Source: Polyangiaceae bacterium (GTDB lineage: Bacteria > Myxococcota_A > Polyangia > Polyangiales > Polyangiaceae). From it: a stretch of 64,000 bases of DNA. The DNA is taken from contig JBNKBE010000016.1 in the NCBI GenBank assembly GCA_050287085.1, positions 32,001 to 96,000 of the forward strand. The letters are read 5' to 3'. Positions 61,568-64,000 of this stretch are shown one piece after another. The notes beneath the pieces were generated by a model that was given only the letters and a program-made list of their open reading frames with translations, was not told the origin of the DNA and made no database searches. Both the position numbers and the translations under genes were made by a program. Numbering within the stretch: the stretch's first letter is position 1; each line of letters starts with the position of its first letter.

Positions 61568-62572
61568 TCAGGCTTCGAGGGTAAAGCGCGCTCGAAACGT
61601 CTCCCCCGAGCGCTCGGACCAGATCCGTCCTCGATGGCGTGCCACAACCTTTCGCATGATCAGGAAGGGCAAGCGTTCTCCCCGTTCGAGGTCGTTCATC
61701 CCGGCGGGGGAGAATACGTCGCGAGGGCGACGAGTACTCGGCAGCGCGTAGGAGAGCGAAAACGTGGGCGTCGTTTCTGGGGTGTCGCGTTCCACCGAGA
61801 AATTGATGCGGCCGAGGGCATGGGTGACGGCGTCTTCCAGAAGGTGCCGGAGCAAGATCTTGAGCAGCGTGGGGGCAGCCAAGACCTGTGGCTCTTCTCC
61901 CACCCAATCGAAGCGCTCCAGGGCCGTGTCTTGGCCGATCTCCTCGAGCAGGTTCCGCGCTATGCTTGTGACTGAGCAGGGGGAGCGCTTGGGGTCGAGC
62001 CCGCCGAGGTCCGAGAGGTGACGGAAGTCGTTGACCATCCGCGTCAAGATGCGCACTTGTTCGCCTAGCGCGTCGCAGAGGCCAAGCGCTTCTGGCGGTA
62101 GGTTCTGGCCGTAGTCTAGTGCCAGTTCTTCGAGTAGGACCTGCATGCGTCGCAGCGGCTCGCGCATGTCGTGAGCTGTGATGTGGGCAAACTGAAACAA
62201 GTTCTGGCTCGTCTGCCGTGTGAGCGCTTCCCCGGTTTTTGTCTTGGTAATGTTGCGCGAAAAGATGATGACGCCGTCGTCGATTGCTTGAAGTGATAGC
62301 TCGTGAAATGCTCTTGTTCCGTCGGGAAACGTAAACTCGTTGAGCACCTGCTCCGGTCGGCGCGAGTTCCGACAGCTATGAATCTGGCGGTAAATCTCGG
62401 TGTCTTCAATACCCGGAAACTTCTCGCTCATGGCAAAGCCGACGACCTGCTCGGAGGTCATGCCGATCTCACTTAGCAACGCCGGGTTAAGGTAAACGTA
62501 GCGCATGTCGTCGTCGATGATCTGCACACCGTCCGAGAGCTGTTCAAAGATGGCGTAGCGCTCAGTGTTCAA
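61568..62572 (-). CDS. PAS + HisKA protein with degenerate HATPase domain (probable pseudokinase)
   Basis: N-terminal PAS, H-box AHDMREPLR; N, G1 and G2 boxes not recognisable. Confidence 0.75.
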   Translation of the reverse strand: MNTERYAIFEQLSDGVQIIDDDMRYVYLNPALLSEIGMTSEQVVGFAMSEKFPGIEDTEIYRQIHSCRNSRRPEQVLNEFTFPDGTRAFHELSLQAIDDGVIIFSRNITKTKTGEALTRQTSQNLFQFAHITAHDMREPLRRMQVLLEELALDYGQNLPPEALGLCDALGEQVRILTRMVNDFRHLSDLGGLDPKRSPCSVTSIARNLLEEIGQDTALERFDWVGEEPQVLAAPTLLKILLRHLLEDAVTHALGRINFSVERDTPETTPTFSLSYALPSTRRPRDVFSPAGMNDLERGERLPFLIMRKVVARHRGRIWSERSGETFRARFTLEA

Positions 62573-62967
62573 ACCAGTGACTCCAAGAAAGAAAGGGCGG
62601 CGCGTCGACCATCGAACTTCTGGGTGAATTCAGCTCCCAGTGCTTTGGCTTGAAGCATGTCCTGCTGGCTGTCCGAGTGGGTCAGTATGGTGATGACGGG
62701 CAGTGTTGCTAGTTCATCGTACTGACGCACCCGTGCAAGCACCTCGAAGCCTGTCATTCCGGGCATGTTGACATCCAAGAAGACGATTGCCGGCATGGCT
62801 TCAGTGCCTTCAACAACGGTCTCGATGTAGGCGAGAAAGTCTTCCCCTGAATAGAACGCACGAAAGTCGTTAGTGAGAGTCGATAGCTCAAGACTGCGCT
62901 TCATCAGTCGAACGTCGATTTCGTCGTCATCAACCATGACGATCGCGTTCTGGTTTGCGAGCTTCAT
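62569..62967 (-). CDS. Single-domain response regulator (Rcp1-like)
   Basis: MVDDD, FLDVNMPGMTGFEVL, LPVITILT.S. Confidence 0.88.
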   Translation of the reverse strand: MKLANQNAIVMVDDDEIDVRLMKRSLELSTLTNDFRAFYSGEDFLAYIETVVEGTEAMPAIVFLDVNMPGMTGFEVLARVRQYDELATLPVITILTHSDSQQDMLQAKALGAEFTQKFDGRRAALSFLESLV

Positions 62968-63239
62968 CCCCTAAGCGATGGCCTTTGAGTCGGCTTGAGT
63001 CAATCCGAAAAGGTGCGGCGTTCACCTCGTCTCATATCCCGCACAAGTGGCGCTCCGACCAGGTAGGCGGTGTGCGGTGCTGTCATGACAGAATCCGACT
63101 GCAGCGCCCGGGTAATCACCACGCGGCGGGCGGCTTCCCAGCGCCGCAGGCCTCCGCTCGGCGGCCATCATAGCCCGATCCAAGCGGCGCCGGGACGGTG
63201 AGGCGGCAGGATTGCGGACTCTCACCCTTGGGCTGGTAA

Positions 63240-64000
63240 CTACCATCCGTCTGGCGTGTACCACTTCTCCTGCTCACCCAGCGGGTCCTGGATCTGCCAG
63301 CATGAAATGGACCCGTCGGTACGGATGCCGCACACGCTCCAGTCTCCGGCATCCACCTCCGTGAACGTGCCGAGTGGTGTGTAGGTCAGGCCATCACTGA
63401 AGGTGACGCACTGCAGTTGACCATCCCCAGATAGGGCGCAGAGCCCCAGGTCGTTCACTGCGAGTTTGGTGTAGCGCCCCATCAAGGGACTCGAGCGAAG
63501 AGCGGTGTCACTCCCCAGATCGGAGCACCAGGGCACTCCGTCCATGTCGAGTCCGCAAGTCTGATAGGGGCTGGTGCTGATGGCAGTGTATTGGCCTTTC
63601 AGGTAGATGGAGTCGGAGGAAGAGCCCAGACAGAACGCGCTGCCGTCTTGGAGCAGCACACAGCGACGCCCCCCCGCGTGGGCAACCTGGGCTGCTGTTT
63701 GCTCGGTGAGCTTTCCAGCGGCCGAGCAGCGGGCTTCGCCATTTCGGGTGACCCAGCACGTATCGTTGCTGGCTGCTTCGAATTGGACGACGTCTTCGAC
63801 ACTGTTTCCGTCGAGCACCAGGGTTCCGTCATCGAGAAGAAACACGGCTCTGCCGCCGGCAGACTCGGCGCTGCGAACGGTGCCAGGAGGCTTCGTCGCG
63901 ATGATGCTCTCTTGGACCTTCAGCTCTCGACGGCCCCACCAACAGGTGAAGGTGCCATCCGCTTTGGTAGCGCAGGGCATGCCGTCTCCAGTGGCTACCC
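63240..64000 (-). CDS. RCC1/BLIP-II repeat protein, 3' part (start beyond the window)
   Basis: Repeated ...C(A/G)(L/I)..DG...CW units; frame stays open to the window end. Confidence 0.75.
   Translation of the reverse strand, partial: VATGDGMPCATKADGTFTCWWGRRELKVQESIIATKPPGTVRSAESAGGRAVFLLDDGTLVLDGNSVEDVVQFEAASNDTCWVTRNGEARCSAAGKLTEQTAAQVAHAGGRRCVLLQDGSAFCLGSSSDSIYLKGQYTAISTSPYQTCGLDMDGVPWCSDLGSDTALRSSPLMGRYTKLAVNDLGLCALSGDGQLQCVTFSDGLTYTPLGTFTEVDAGDWSVCGIRTDGSISCWQIQDPLGEQEKWYTPDGW

Noticed and set aside
1..64000. Prophage, IS elements, anti-phage defence systems, tRNA/rRNA
   Set aside because: No integrase, transposase, phage structural, nuclease-defence or structural RNA signatures were recognised by eye; covariance searches were not run.

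Overview
GC-rich bacterial chromosomal window, most consistent with a myxobacterium (Polyangia-like). This rests on many lipoproteins with Gly/Ala-rich linkers plus fibro-slime, DUF1552 and RCC1 proteins. No rRNA, tRNA, CRISPR array or transposase was seen. Three accessory systems stand out. (1) 42.3-54.2 kb: a complete hypF-hypC-SIS-hypD-hypE-hypA-hypB cluster, a cytoplasmic group 2-type [NiFe]-hydrogenase with no Tat signal or cytochrome b, a maturation protease, and a tightly linked kinase. The kinase joins a HoxJ/HupT-like coiled-coil+PAS input to a CheA-like Hpt-HATPase output with no CheW domain. This is a candidate H2-sensing system with an unusual output and the best novelty candidate. 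(2) 0.4-4.1 kb: a SCO-PCuAC copper-chaperone fusion, a Cys-motif thioredoxin-like protein, and a His-rich membrane sensor fused to the same CheA-like output, a candidate copper-linked sensor. (3) 17.3-27.1 kb: a seven-gene operon with three multiheme cytochromes (56 CxxCH motifs counted), a beta-barrel, a cytochrome b-like membrane protein, an FeS-flavoprotein and an OB-fold protein, a candidate cytoplasm-to-surface electron conduit. The rest encodes polysaccharide-active lipoproteins (GH43+ricin, GH45, two esterases), transporters, LysR regulators, a TonB-dependent receptor and a probable pseudokinase/response-regulator pair. All family assignments are by motif recognition; no database searches were run.
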